Positions 30,121 to 38,697 of a stretch of DNA of 64,000 nucleotides are shown in pieces. Within the stretch, counting starts at the first letter, position 1; every line of letters starts with the position of its first letter. The position numbers and the translations under genes are program-made. The notes beneath the pieces are model-generated. The model was not told the DNA's origin and searched no databases. It saw only the letters and a program-made list of their open reading frames with translations. Location: the NCBI GenBank assembly GCA_003670915.1, contig QWQH01000017.1, positions 7,845-71,844 on the forward strand, written 5' to 3'. This DNA is from Planctomycetota bacterium (lineage in GTDB: Bacteria; Planctomycetota; Planctomycetia; Pirellulales; UBA1268).

Positions 30121-30234
30121 ATGAAGGTTCGCGCCAGCGTTCGCCGAATGTGTGAAAAGTGCAAGATCGTTCGAAGGCGAGGTGTCGTCTTTGTTGTCTG
30201 CGCTGATCCTCGCCACAAACAGCGGCAGGGGTAG
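30121..30234 (+). CDS. rpmJ: 50S ribosomal protein L36 (zinc-binding C+ form, 37 aa)
   Basis: Too short for the ORF track, so translated by hand: ATG AAG GTT CGC GCC AGC... = [37 protein letters not shown], with stop TAG at 30232-30234. Confidence 0.95.
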   Translation: MKVRASVRRMCEKCKIVRRRGVVFVVCADPRHKQRQG

Positions 30235-30371
30235 AAAACAGAATTCTAGAAGAGTATTCATGGCTTTTTCGGTATTTTCGTTTTGGCGAGCCGTTTGAGT
30301 GAGTGCAGGAGTTTGAGTTGCGTTGAGAATGATTGCTTGAGTGCCCGGAACATTCCCTGAGATTTTGAGCC

Positions 30372-30755
30372 ATGCCCCGCCTCCTCGGTGTTGATATCCC
30401 GTCAGAGAAGAAGACCATCTACTCGCTCCAATACCTGTACGGTGTGGGGCAGAGAGTGGCTCGCGATTTGTGCCACAAGGCCGGCGTTGATCCCGAGGGG
30501 ATCGCCCGCAATCTGCACGAGGATGAGTTGGCTCGCCTCGCATCTTTAATGGATAAAGATTATGTCGTCGAGGGACAGCTACGACGGCAGGTGGCCCAAA
30601 ACATTTCGCGTCTGAAAGACATCGGCAGTTATCGCGGAGTGCGACATAGACGTGGGTTGCCCGTTCGAGGTCAGCGCACGCGTACCAATGCTCGCACTCG
30701 CAAGGGGCCAAAGAAAACGGTCGCCGGCAAGAAGGGCGTGAAGGATCTCAAGTAG
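30372..30755 (+). CDS. rpsM: 30S ribosomal protein S13
   Basis: MPRLLGVDIPSEKKTIYSLQYLYGVGQRVARDLCHKAGVDP...GSYRGVRHRRGLPVRGQRTRTNART. Confidence 0.97.
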   Translation: MPRLLGVDIPSEKKTIYSLQYLYGVGQRVARDLCHKAGVDPEGIARNLHEDELARLASLMDKDYVVEGQLRRQVAQNISRLKDIGSYRGVRHRRGLPVRGQRTRTNARTRKGPKKTVAGKKGVKDLK

Positions 30756-30885
30756 ACAGCAGTTTGGATGCGTAAGCACTCAATTGTGGCGACCGCAGGG
30801 TTGAGCCAAGGCCCGAAAGGGTGGCAGTTTTCAGAGCGAGTCAGTTTTAAAGAGTCATCAAAAGAATCATTCATAGAGCAGGTTC

Positions 30886-31263
30886 ATGTCAAAGGTTGCA
30901 AAGACAAAAAAGAAGAGCGTGTCGGCTGGAATTGCCTACATAACGGCAAGTTTCAACAACACAACAGTCACCATTACAGACACCAAGGGGGACGCGCTCT
31001 GCTGGTCGAGCGGTGGCACGTGCGGCTTCAAGGGAAGTCGTAAGGGAACGCCCTATGCGGGCCAGTGCGCTGCCCAGCAGGCTGCCGAAAAAGCTGCCAA
31101 GTTTGGCGTAAAGGAGCTTGAAGTCCGAGTTCGTGGGCCTGGAAGCGGCCGTGAAAGCGCGATCACGGCGTTACAGGCTGCTGGTATGAATGTGAAAAGT
31201 ATCGAAGATATCACTCCTCTGCCGCACAACGGTTGCCGTCCGCCAAAGAAGCGACGCGTCTGA
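30886..31263 (+). CDS. rpsK: 30S ribosomal protein S11
   Basis: [46 protein letters not shown]...[18 protein letters not shown]. Confidence 0.97.
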   Translation: MSKVAKTKKKSVSAGIAYITASFNNTTVTITDTKGDALCWSSGGTCGFKGSRKGTPYAGQCAAQQAAEKAAKFGVKELEVRVRGPGSGRESAITALQAAGMNVKSIEDITPLPHNGCRPPKKRRV

Positions 31264-31364
31264 CGAACATGGTCCTGCGTGATTGCTGCTCCTTTTTTGA
31301 ACACACTTTTTTCGCATCCTGAACATCTCCCCACCCACCTCTCTCACGGTACTCGAGCATAAAA

Positions 31365-31991
31365 ATGGGACGTATTACTGGGCCAGTGTGCCGCCTGTGT
31401 CGCCGTGACGGCTTGAAGTTGTTTCTCAAGGGCAATCGGTGCGACACTCCGAAGTGTGCCTTTGAGCGGCGACCTACTCCTCCTGGCATGGTGCAGAAAC
31501 GGCGCAGCAAGCCGACGGAGTACGGCCTTCATCTGCGCGAAAAGCAGAAGGTAAAGCATTATTACGGCGTGCTTGAGCGACAGTTTCGTACGTATTTTTC
31601 GCGTGCCGAACGAGGCAAGGGCAATACCGGCGAAACCCTTATGTCCCTGCTCGAGCGTCGCCTCGATAATATCGTTCATCGCATTGGCTTTGCTCCGTCG
31701 CGATCCGCTGCACGCCAGATGGTGATGCACGGCCACATCACGGTCAATGGCCGGCGATTGGATGTGCCGAGCTATCTCGTGAAGGCCGGCGATTTACTGC
31801 GAGTGAAGAATCGGATGAAAAGCTTGCAGTTGGTGCATGCCGCCCTAGCGGATTCGCGACGCGATGTGCCCGATTTTCTCTCGCGGGCCGACGGTCCGAT
31901 TCCAGAGGGACGGATCGATCGACTGCCGTCGGCCGACGACGTCTCGATTCCTGTGCAGGCGAATTTAATTATCGAGTTGTGTTCGAAGTAG
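31365..31991 (+). CDS. rpsD: 30S ribosomal protein S4
   Basis: MGRITGPVCRLCRRDGLKLFLKGNRCDTPKCAFERRP...YGLHLREKQKVKHYYGVLERQF, with an S4 RNA-binding domain. Confidence 0.97.
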   Translation: MGRITGPVCRLCRRDGLKLFLKGNRCDTPKCAFERRPTPPGMVQKRRSKPTEYGLHLREKQKVKHYYGVLERQFRTYFSRAERGKGNTGETLMSLLERRLDNIVHRIGFAPSRSAARQMVMHGHITVNGRRLDVPSYLVKAGDLLRVKNRMKSLQLVHAALADSRRDVPDFLSRADGPIPEGRIDRLPSADDVSIPVQANLIIELCSK

Positions 31992-32054
31992 TTGTTTTCA
32001 AATACTTTTCGCTTTTTCATCAATAGAGTTCAAACTGTTTAACGGGAGTTTTGC

Positions 32055-33044
32055 ATGCATATCCGCTGGCGAGGCCTTGAGTTGCCCGGTTCGGTCGTGG
32101 CCGATCCAAAGACGCTCTCCGCGACGTATGGCAAGTTCGTTGCGGAGCCATTTGAACGAGGCTTCGGTACGACTGTAGGAAACAGCCTACGGCGCGTGTT
32201 GTTATCGAGTCTTGAAGGGAGTGCTGTCACTCAGATTAAAGTGGGCGGTGCCCTGCACGAGTTTACGACCATCAAGGGCGTGCTCGAAGATATTACTGAT
32301 ATCGTTTTGGCGGTGAAGAGTTTAGTAGTCAAAAACCATAGCGACTCTACGAGAGTGATTCGCGTTGAGAAGAGCACGCGTGGCCCGGTCACCGGGGCCG
32401 ATGTTCAAACGGACGAGGCGGTTGATGTAATAAGCCAAGATCTTGTTCTGGCCACGCTTACAGACGACGTGCCTTTTGAGCTTGAAATGGTCGTGGAAAA
32501 TGGCCGTGGGTATGTGCCTGCAAGTGAGCACAGTCCCGAAGCGCAGGAGATCGGCATTGTGCCGGTTGATGCAGTGTTTAGTCCGGTGACCCGCGTGCGT
32601 TATGAAGTCGAAGAGACTCGCGTTGGTCAGAAGACAAACTATGACAAGCTCACGATGGAAATTTGGACAAACGGCACGGTGACTCCCGAAATGGCGCTCG
32701 TCGAAGCCGCCAAGATCATGCGGAAGCATCTCAACCCGTTCGTGGGCTACATGGAGCCCCGCCAAAGCGTCAACTTGGCTGCAGTCGGCAGTCCGTTATT
32801 GATCGAAGCTCCTCTGGAAAGTCGTCTCGGTATGCTCCTTTCCGACCTCAAGTTGTCGTTGCGTGCTAGCAACTGCTTGGAGGCGGAAAACATTTCGACG
32901 CTCCGCGATCTTGTGTCACGATCCCGAGAAGAGTTGCTTGAGGTCAGAAACTTTGGCGACACAACGCTGGAGGAGATTGAAGAGAAGTTAGCTGAGGTTG
33001 GCTTGACGCTTGGAATGCAGGTGCCGGCTACGATTGAAGCGTGA
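32055..33044 (+). CDS. rpoA: DNA-directed RNA polymerase subunit alpha
   Basis: [35 protein letters not shown]..., and a C-terminal domain [42 protein letters not shown]. Confidence 0.97.
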   Translation: MHIRWRGLELPGSVVADPKTLSATYGKFVAEPFERGFGTTVGNSLRRVLLSSLEGSAVTQIKVGGALHEFTTIKGVLEDITDIVLAVKSLVVKNHSDSTRVIRVEKSTRGPVTGADVQTDEAVDVISQDLVLATLTDDVPFELEMVVENGRGYVPASEHSPEAQEIGIVPVDAVFSPVTRVRYEVEETRVGQKTNYDKLTMEIWTNGTVTPEMALVEAAKIMRKHLNPFVGYMEPRQSVNLAAVGSPLLIEAPLESRLGMLLSDLKLSLRASNCLEAENISTLRDLVSRSREELLEVRNFGDTTLEEIEEKLAEVGLTLGMQVPATIEA

Positions 33045-33160
33045 TACTCGTGTGTTGGGGAATTCCCGATACATGCCAGTCGCATTCGTCATTCGGATTG
33101 AAGACAAGATAAAAAGACAAGATAGCAAAGAAAAAACAACCGGATCAAAGGACTCTATTC

Positions 33161-33754
33161 ATGCGACATCGTCGTAAAGGCCGTGTGCTCGGACGCAGCC
33201 CGTCTCACCAAAGGGCTCTGTTGCGTAATCTGGCTTCTGCTCTCATGTTGACTGAGCGTGAGGTAGAAGTTGATGAGGTCGGTGCGCCAAAAGTGGCTGG
33301 TCGAATTATTACGACCGTTGCGAAGGCCAAAGAAGTGAGGCCCTTGGTCGAGCGTTGCATCACTGTTGCCAAGCGGGGTCTTGTGGCTATCGGTCAGGCT
33401 CAGGAGTTTGGCAGTTTGGCTGTCCGCGATTCAGCGGAGTGGAAAAAATGGCGAACGAGCGACCAGTGGCAAAAATGGGCCCGCGCGTCTGCCCCGGCTG
33501 TCACCGCTCGGAGACGAGTGGTGCAGTTGCTCGGCGATAAAAAAGCGGCCCGAATCCTTTTCGAGAGGATCGCTCCCCGTTTTGTAGATCGCCCCGGTGG
33601 CTACACGCGTATTTTAAAGCTTGCCACGCCCAGGCTGGGAGATGCTGGCCCGCGGGCCATGCTTGAGTTTGTTGGCGAAGCAGCCGGCCTGCAAAAGCCC
33701 CCTGCGCCACGGATTGAGTCGGTTAAGCCGCCCAGGAAATCTCGGACTGGCTAA
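33161..33754 (+). CDS. rplQ: 50S ribosomal protein L17 (internal insertion and basic C-terminal tail)
   Basis: MRHRRKGRVLGRSPSHQRALLRNLASAL...RPGGYTRILKLATPRLGDAGPRAMLEFV. Confidence 0.95.
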   Translation: MRHRRKGRVLGRSPSHQRALLRNLASALMLTEREVEVDEVGAPKVAGRIITTVAKAKEVRPLVERCITVAKRGLVAIGQAQEFGSLAVRDSAEWKKWRTSDQWQKWARASAPAVTARRRVVQLLGDKKAARILFERIAPRFVDRPGGYTRILKLATPRLGDAGPRAMLEFVGEAAGLQKPPAPRIESVKPPRKSRTG

Positions 33755-33929
33755 CGGTAGAGGGTTGAAAAAGGCTTCTCTTGCTCACGACCTTTTGCCG
33801 GAAAAGAAGCAGTTCTTGCCGGGAATAGGCCGCACGCCTTTAATCGAATAGGATATGGCTAGGCTGTGATCTGCTGGCTGAAATGGCTTCTTGCGTGCAA
33901 ATCCAGTGACTCACGAGGGCTTCTGATCT

Positions 33930-35663
33930 ATGGCTGGCATACTGTGCAAAAAGTGGCGGGCTCACTCTGGTTTGGCTGTCCGTTTGGTGTTGTTGGCATG
34001 GATCGGACTGGGCGGTTTTGGCATAGCCAGCCTCGGCACATCCTGTCTTTTTGCAGCCGATGAACACTTTGGTATTCCGCAGGTCAAGGCTATCAATGAG
34101 CAGGTAGGGGCGGGCTGGGCTGACGCTGGATTGCAGCCATCGGCGGCAGCCACAGACGGGGAGTGGTGCCGTCGTGTGTATCTGGATGTGGTCGGCCGAA
34201 TTCCAACGGTCGATGAGTTGCAAAAATTCGTCGGCGACTCCGCTCCCACCAAGCGAGCCGAGCTTGTAACGCGATTGCTGGGCGACGATTGTGTCGATGA
34301 GTATGCCCGCAACTGGACCGATATTTGGACCACCGTGCTGGTTGGTCGGAATGTGGAAAACGATTTAGTAAATCGCCCCGGACTGCGTCAGTGGCTGCGG
34401 CGAGCCTTTTCAAAGAACATGCCGTACGATCAGTTTATGGTTGAGTTGGTGACAGCAACTGGTTCAAACGCCAATAAGGAAGGCGTTGAGGGCTTCAACG
34501 GCGCTACCAATTTCCTGAGCGGCAAGATGGCAGAAGATGGCGCCCAAGCCACCGCCAAAACAGCGCAAGTTTTCTTGGGCCTGCAGGTGCAGTGCACGCA
34601 GTGTCACAATCATCCGTTTAATAAGGGAAAGCAAAATCAATTTTGGGAGTTCAACGCGTTCTTTCGCCAGACGAGGGCCTTGCGCAGGTTTGAAGGCACG
34701 AGGGATGTACAATCCACTGAACTGGTCAACGAGGATTTCGCTGGTGAAGGCGGGAATCCGGAGGAGGCTGAGCTGTACTATGAGCTCCGCAACGGCGTCA
34801 AGAAGGTGGCGTATCCAGTCTTTGTTGACGGTACGGAAATTTCTAAGAGCGGCTACCTGCCGGGCACGATGGCAGACGGCAAGGCATACGGAACAGATCG
34901 CCGCAAGGAGTTAGCAGAGTTGATGCTCGTCAGCCCATTGATGCCCAAGGTGATCGTGAATCGCATGTGGGCGCACTTTCTCGGCTACGGCTTCACGAAG
35001 CCGATTGACGACCTCGGCGAGCACAATGCCCCTTCTCATCCCGAATTGCTCAATGGTCTTGCTGAACAGTTTCGGGAGCAGAGTTTCGATCTCAAGGAGC
35101 TCATCAAATGGATCGTACTTTCCAAGCCCTACGGTCTGTCGAGCAAGGTCTCAAAGGCCAACTCGCGAGATGATCCCACGTTAGGAGAGAAACCCAAGTT
35201 TTCTCATTTTTATCTCAGGCAGATGCAGGCCGAAGAGCTCTACGAATCCCTGTTGACTGCCACCGAGGCTGATCAAACTGGTGAGAAGGGGGAGAAGGCT
35301 GCCAAAAAGAAAGACGCATGGCTGAGTCAGTTCGTCATCGCTTTTGGTACCGATGAAGGAGATGAGGCCACCACGTTTAACGGATCGATTCCTCAGGTGC
35401 TCATGATGTTCAACGGGGAGTTGGTGAAGCTCGCAACCAGCACCGGAAAAGGAGGCTTTCTGGATCGAGTTGCTTCCAGCGGCCTCAAGAACCAAAGCAA
35501 AATCGATGCCCTCTATTTGGCGGCTCTGGCTAGGAAGCCCTCCACGAAGGAGGTTGCTACGGCCAATGACTTGATGGTGGCACGCAAAGGGGATGCGATT
35601 GGGGCCCTCCAAGACATCTGGTGGGCCGTACTGAATTCCAACGAGTTTATTATCAATCATTAA
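33930..35663 (+). CDS. Secreted DUF1549/DUF1553-type (PSD1-like) protein
   Basis: Signal peptide, then WCRRVYLDVVGRIPTVDELQKF (DUF1549-like), QVQCTQCHNHPFNK (CxxCH), and HPELLNGLAEQFREQSFDLKELIKWIVLSKPYGLSS (DUF1553-like). Confidence 0.85.
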   Translation: MAGILCKKWRAHSGLAVRLVLLAWIGLGGFGIASLGTSCLFAADEHFGIPQVKAINEQVGAGWADAGLQPSAAATDGEWCRRVYLDVVGRIPTVDELQKFVGDSAPTKRAELVTRLLGDDCVDEYARNWTDIWTTVLVGRNVENDLVNRPGLRQWLRRAFSKNMPYDQFMVELVTATGSNANKEGVEGFNGATNFLSGKMAEDGAQATAKTAQVFLGLQVQCTQCHNHPFNKGKQNQFWEFNAFFRQTRALRRFEGTRDVQSTELVNEDFAGEGGNPEEAELYYELRNGVKKVAYPVFVDGTEISKSGYLPGTMADGKAYGTDRRKELAELMLVSPLMPKVIVNRMWAHFLGYGFTKPIDDLGEHNAPSHPELLNGLAEQFREQSFDLKELIKWIVLSKPYGLSSKVSKANSRDDPTLGEKPKFSHFYLRQMQAEELYESLLTATEADQTGEKGEKAAKKKDAWLSQFVIAFGTDEGDEATTFNGSIPQVLMMFNGELVKLATSTGKGGFLDRVASSGLKNQSKIDALYLAALARKPSTKEVATANDLMVARKGDAIGALQDIWWAVLNSNEFIINH

Positions 35664-35817
35664 GTGTTTGGCCGAATGGTGTGCCCGAGTAGGGTCGGTA
35701 GGCTGGCTTTATTTGCCGTTTGACAGGGAATAAGGCATGCTATAGGCCGCGAATAGATGCCTACAAAGGGTGAGTGGTTGCTGGTTTCGATGTTTCATAC
35801 CGTGAAGGAGTTGAAGA

Positions 35818-37098
35818 ATGAGTTCGCATTTTTTTGATATTCCGGAGGGAATGAACCGTCGCCACTTCATGAGCCACTTGGCAGGCGCCGCGGCCCTTGC
35901 TGCCCCAGCCACCGCATTTACAAACTCGCTTCTGGCGAATGTTGCCGATTTAAAGAAGCGGCATAAAGCCGCGATTCTTTTGTGGATGGGCGGCGGTCCA
36001 AGCACGATGGATCTATGGGACCTGAAGCCGGGGGCATCTACTGGCGGTCAGTTTAAGCAGATATCAACGAGCGCCGACGGCGTAGCGATTTGCGAGCACT
36101 TGCCGCTCATGGCCAAGCAAATGCATCACATGGCAATCGTACGGTCCATGAGTACTCGCGAAGCCGACCATATGCGAGGTCGCTACTACATGCACACGGG
36201 CTATGTGCCCAATCCAAATGTCGAATATCCCAGCTACGGCTCTGTGATCGCGCATGAGTTGGCTGAGAAGGTGCCAGATCTTGAGATTCCCCCATTTGTT
36301 TCCGTTGGGAGCGGCAGCGTTGGCCCAGGCTTTCTTGGAATGACGTGGGCCCCGTTTGTGGTCGACTCCAACGGCAATGTGCGGAACCTCGACACAGGCA
36401 TTGATCCGGCTCGAATGGCCCAGCGAATGGAGATGCTCGCAACCATTGAGAAAAAGTTTATTGGCGAAAAGCGAGGCGGTTCGTCAGAAGACCACGCCAA
36501 GGTGCTCGACAGAACCGTCAAGCTGATGACGAGCAAGCAAATGGAAGCCTTCAAAGTGACGAAGGAGCCAAAGGAAGTTCAGGAGAAGTACGGTACCACT
36601 GGATTTGGCAAGGGTTGCCTCATGGCAAGGCGGCTGGTCGAAATGGGGGTTCCGTTTGTGGAGGTCGATCTGGGCGGATGGGACATGCACGCTGGCATCT
36701 TCCAGACGCTTGCAGACACAAAACTTCCAGAACTCGATAAGGCAATGAGCGCGCTTGTCAGCGATCTGGCCGACCGAGGCATGCTCGATGATACGGCAAT
36801 CATCTGGATGGGAGAATTTAGCCGCACGCCAAATATTAACGGTGGAGGTGGGCGTGATCACTGGGCGAGGAGTTGGAGCGTGGTGGTGGGTGGTGCTGGA
36901 TTCAAGCGAGGTGTGGCGGTGGGCGAGACGAGTTCTGATGGCAAGGAAGTCATCACAGAGCCCTATTCATCTCAAGATGTGATGGCCAGTGTTCTGAAGT
37001 CGCTGGGGATCTCGCTGGAGACGACGTTCACGGCCAAGAATGGCAGGCCGATGAAGATCGCCAATTCTGGAAAGGTGATCAAGGAGCTGTTTTCCTGA
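35818..37098 (+). CDS. DUF1501-family protein (sulfatase/alkaline-phosphatase-like fold) with twin-arginine signal
   Basis: GAAGGAG lies 7 nt upstream of the ATG. MNRRHFMSHLAGAAALAAPATAF is Tat-type. LLWMGGGPSTMDLWDLKP and GGGRDHW motifs are present. Confidence 0.87.
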   Translation: MSSHFFDIPEGMNRRHFMSHLAGAAALAAPATAFTNSLLANVADLKKRHKAAILLWMGGGPSTMDLWDLKPGASTGGQFKQISTSADGVAICEHLPLMAKQMHHMAIVRSMSTREADHMRGRYYMHTGYVPNPNVEYPSYGSVIAHELAEKVPDLEIPPFVSVGSGSVGPGFLGMTWAPFVVDSNGNVRNLDTGIDPARMAQRMEMLATIEKKFIGEKRGGSSEDHAKVLDRTVKLMTSKQMEAFKVTKEPKEVQEKYGTTGFGKGCLMARRLVEMGVPFVEVDLGGWDMHAGIFQTLADTKLPELDKAMSALVSDLADRGMLDDTAIIWMGEFSRTPNINGGGGRDHWARSWSVVVGGAGFKRGVAVGETSSDGKEVITEPYSSQDVMASVLKSLGISLETTFTAKNGRPMKIANSGKVIKELFS

Positions 37099-37238
37099 GC
37101 CGAGTCCGAGGAAACATTCCCTCAGGGCAGCCTCTGGACGGTGGAACGGCCCCGCAAGCGATCCTTCAGGCAGGTTCTCCAGAGAGTGTCGAAACCGTTT
37201 CTAGTGGGGTCGTTCATTTATCTGGCACGCTTCGACCT

Positions 37239-38615
37239 GTGGTCTGGCTTGTGGTGCCTGTGCTTGTTGAGCAGTTGCTAGCGCTCTCTGTTGGATTTAC
37301 CGATAAGTGGCTCGCGGGCAATCTGCTCGAGGGGCCCGAGTTTCTAGCAGCCGTCGGGCTTGTGGCCTACTGCTTGGGTTTTTTACCAGTTCTCTTTGCA
37401 ATTCCGTCGATAGCCGTCACGGCGTTGGTGGCTCGTAGTGTTGGCGCTGGCGATATGCCAGCAGCGAGGCGGGTCGCTGCCCAAGCGTTTCTCGTGGGAG
37501 CGTTGCTTGTGGCTCTGCTGTTGACGCTGAGCGGTATTGTCGGAGAGTCGTTCGTCAGGGTCCTGGGGTTGCCGCCAGCGAGTGCCGGGCTGGCGTTGCG
37601 CTATTTGTCCATCGTGCTGCCGGCGCTCCCGGCAATAATGATTATTCACGTGGGCGTGTCGGTGCTCCGAGGTGCCGGAGACATGCTGGCCGGTCTGCTC
37701 GCGATGTCGGTTGTGAACCTCATCAATGCGGCGGCGAGCTTCGCGCTGGCCACAGGGTGTGGTGGCCTGCCTTGCTTGGGTTGGGAGGGGCTAGCATGGG
37801 GCACGCTGGCTGGGTACGGCTGCGGTGCGATCTGCGTGATCGGACTGCTTGCCCGTACCGGCCACGGCCTACGACCAAGCCAGGCCGATTGGCGGCCCCA
37901 TCCAGCGTGGCTCAGGCGTATCTGGCACGTTGGAGTACCGGCTGGAGTCGATTGCGTGGGCAATGCGGCCTGCCACTTGGGATTTCTCTCAATTGTCAAC
38001 CGTCTTGGCAATATCGATGCGGCGGCCCACTCGCTTGCGATCACTATCGAATCGGTTGCATTTCTACCAGGGAGTGCGTTTCAGGTGGCTGCAGCCACGC
38101 TCGCGGGACAGTTTCTGGGCGCTCGAGATGAAAAACGGGCGAGAGACAGCGTGTGGCTAGCCGCGATGGCCTGCATGGGGCTCATGAGTATCCTCGGGTT
38201 TGTGCTGTTTAGCGTGGCCGATCCGCTGGCGGCGTGGTTTGTGGGCGGGGCTTCCCGGGAGCCAGAAGTCGCAAGACTAACCGCACAACTTGTACGGGTC
38301 GTGGCATTTGCCCAACCGCCACTGGCGCTCTTAATGGTTTTTTCAGGTGGCTTGCGGGGCGGCGGTGCCACCCGACTGCCGCTGGCCGTCAATTTTCTCG
38401 GCCTCCTTTTGATCCGTCTGCCATTGGCAATGTTCCTGGCCTGGCCCCAGGTACCGATCCCAGATGTATGGTTTTTCGGCCCAACAATCGTCATCCCAGG
38501 AATGGGATTGGGCGCGGTGGGGGCGTGGTATGCCATGGCGGCCGACTTGGCAGCCAGGGGGCTTGCCATGCTTATTATCTTTAAACAAAAGCACTGGTCA
38601 CGCGTGGCTGTCTGA
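37239..38615 (+). CDS. MATE-family efflux transporter
   Basis: WLVVPVLVEQLLALSVGFTDKWLAG is the typical MATE first helix, and the length fits 12 TM. The GTG start at 37239 is probably too far downstream (see findings). Confidence 0.85.
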   Translation: MVWLVVPVLVEQLLALSVGFTDKWLAGNLLEGPEFLAAVGLVAYCLGFLPVLFAIPSIAVTALVARSVGAGDMPAARRVAAQAFLVGALLVALLLTLSGIVGESFVRVLGLPPASAGLALRYLSIVLPALPAIMIIHVGVSVLRGAGDMLAGLLAMSVVNLINAAASFALATGCGGLPCLGWEGLAWGTLAGYGCGAICVIGLLARTGHGLRPSQADWRPHPAWLRRIWHVGVPAGVDCVGNAACHLGFLSIVNRLGNIDAAAHSLAITIESVAFLPGSAFQVAAATLAGQFLGARDEKRARDSVWLAAMACMGLMSILGFVLFSVADPLAAWFVGGASREPEVARLTAQLVRVVAFAQPPLALLMVFSGGLRGGGATRLPLAVNFLGLLLIRLPLAMFLAWPQVPIPDVWFFGPTIVIPGMGLGAVGAWYAMAADLAARGLAMLIIFKQKHWSRVAV

Positions 38616-38697
38616 CCTCTTGAGCGACTGGCATGGCCTTGGGGGCTGCTGACGCTACACTCTGTGAAGTGGTGCTGGCCCGGGCACAGGCTCTGTT

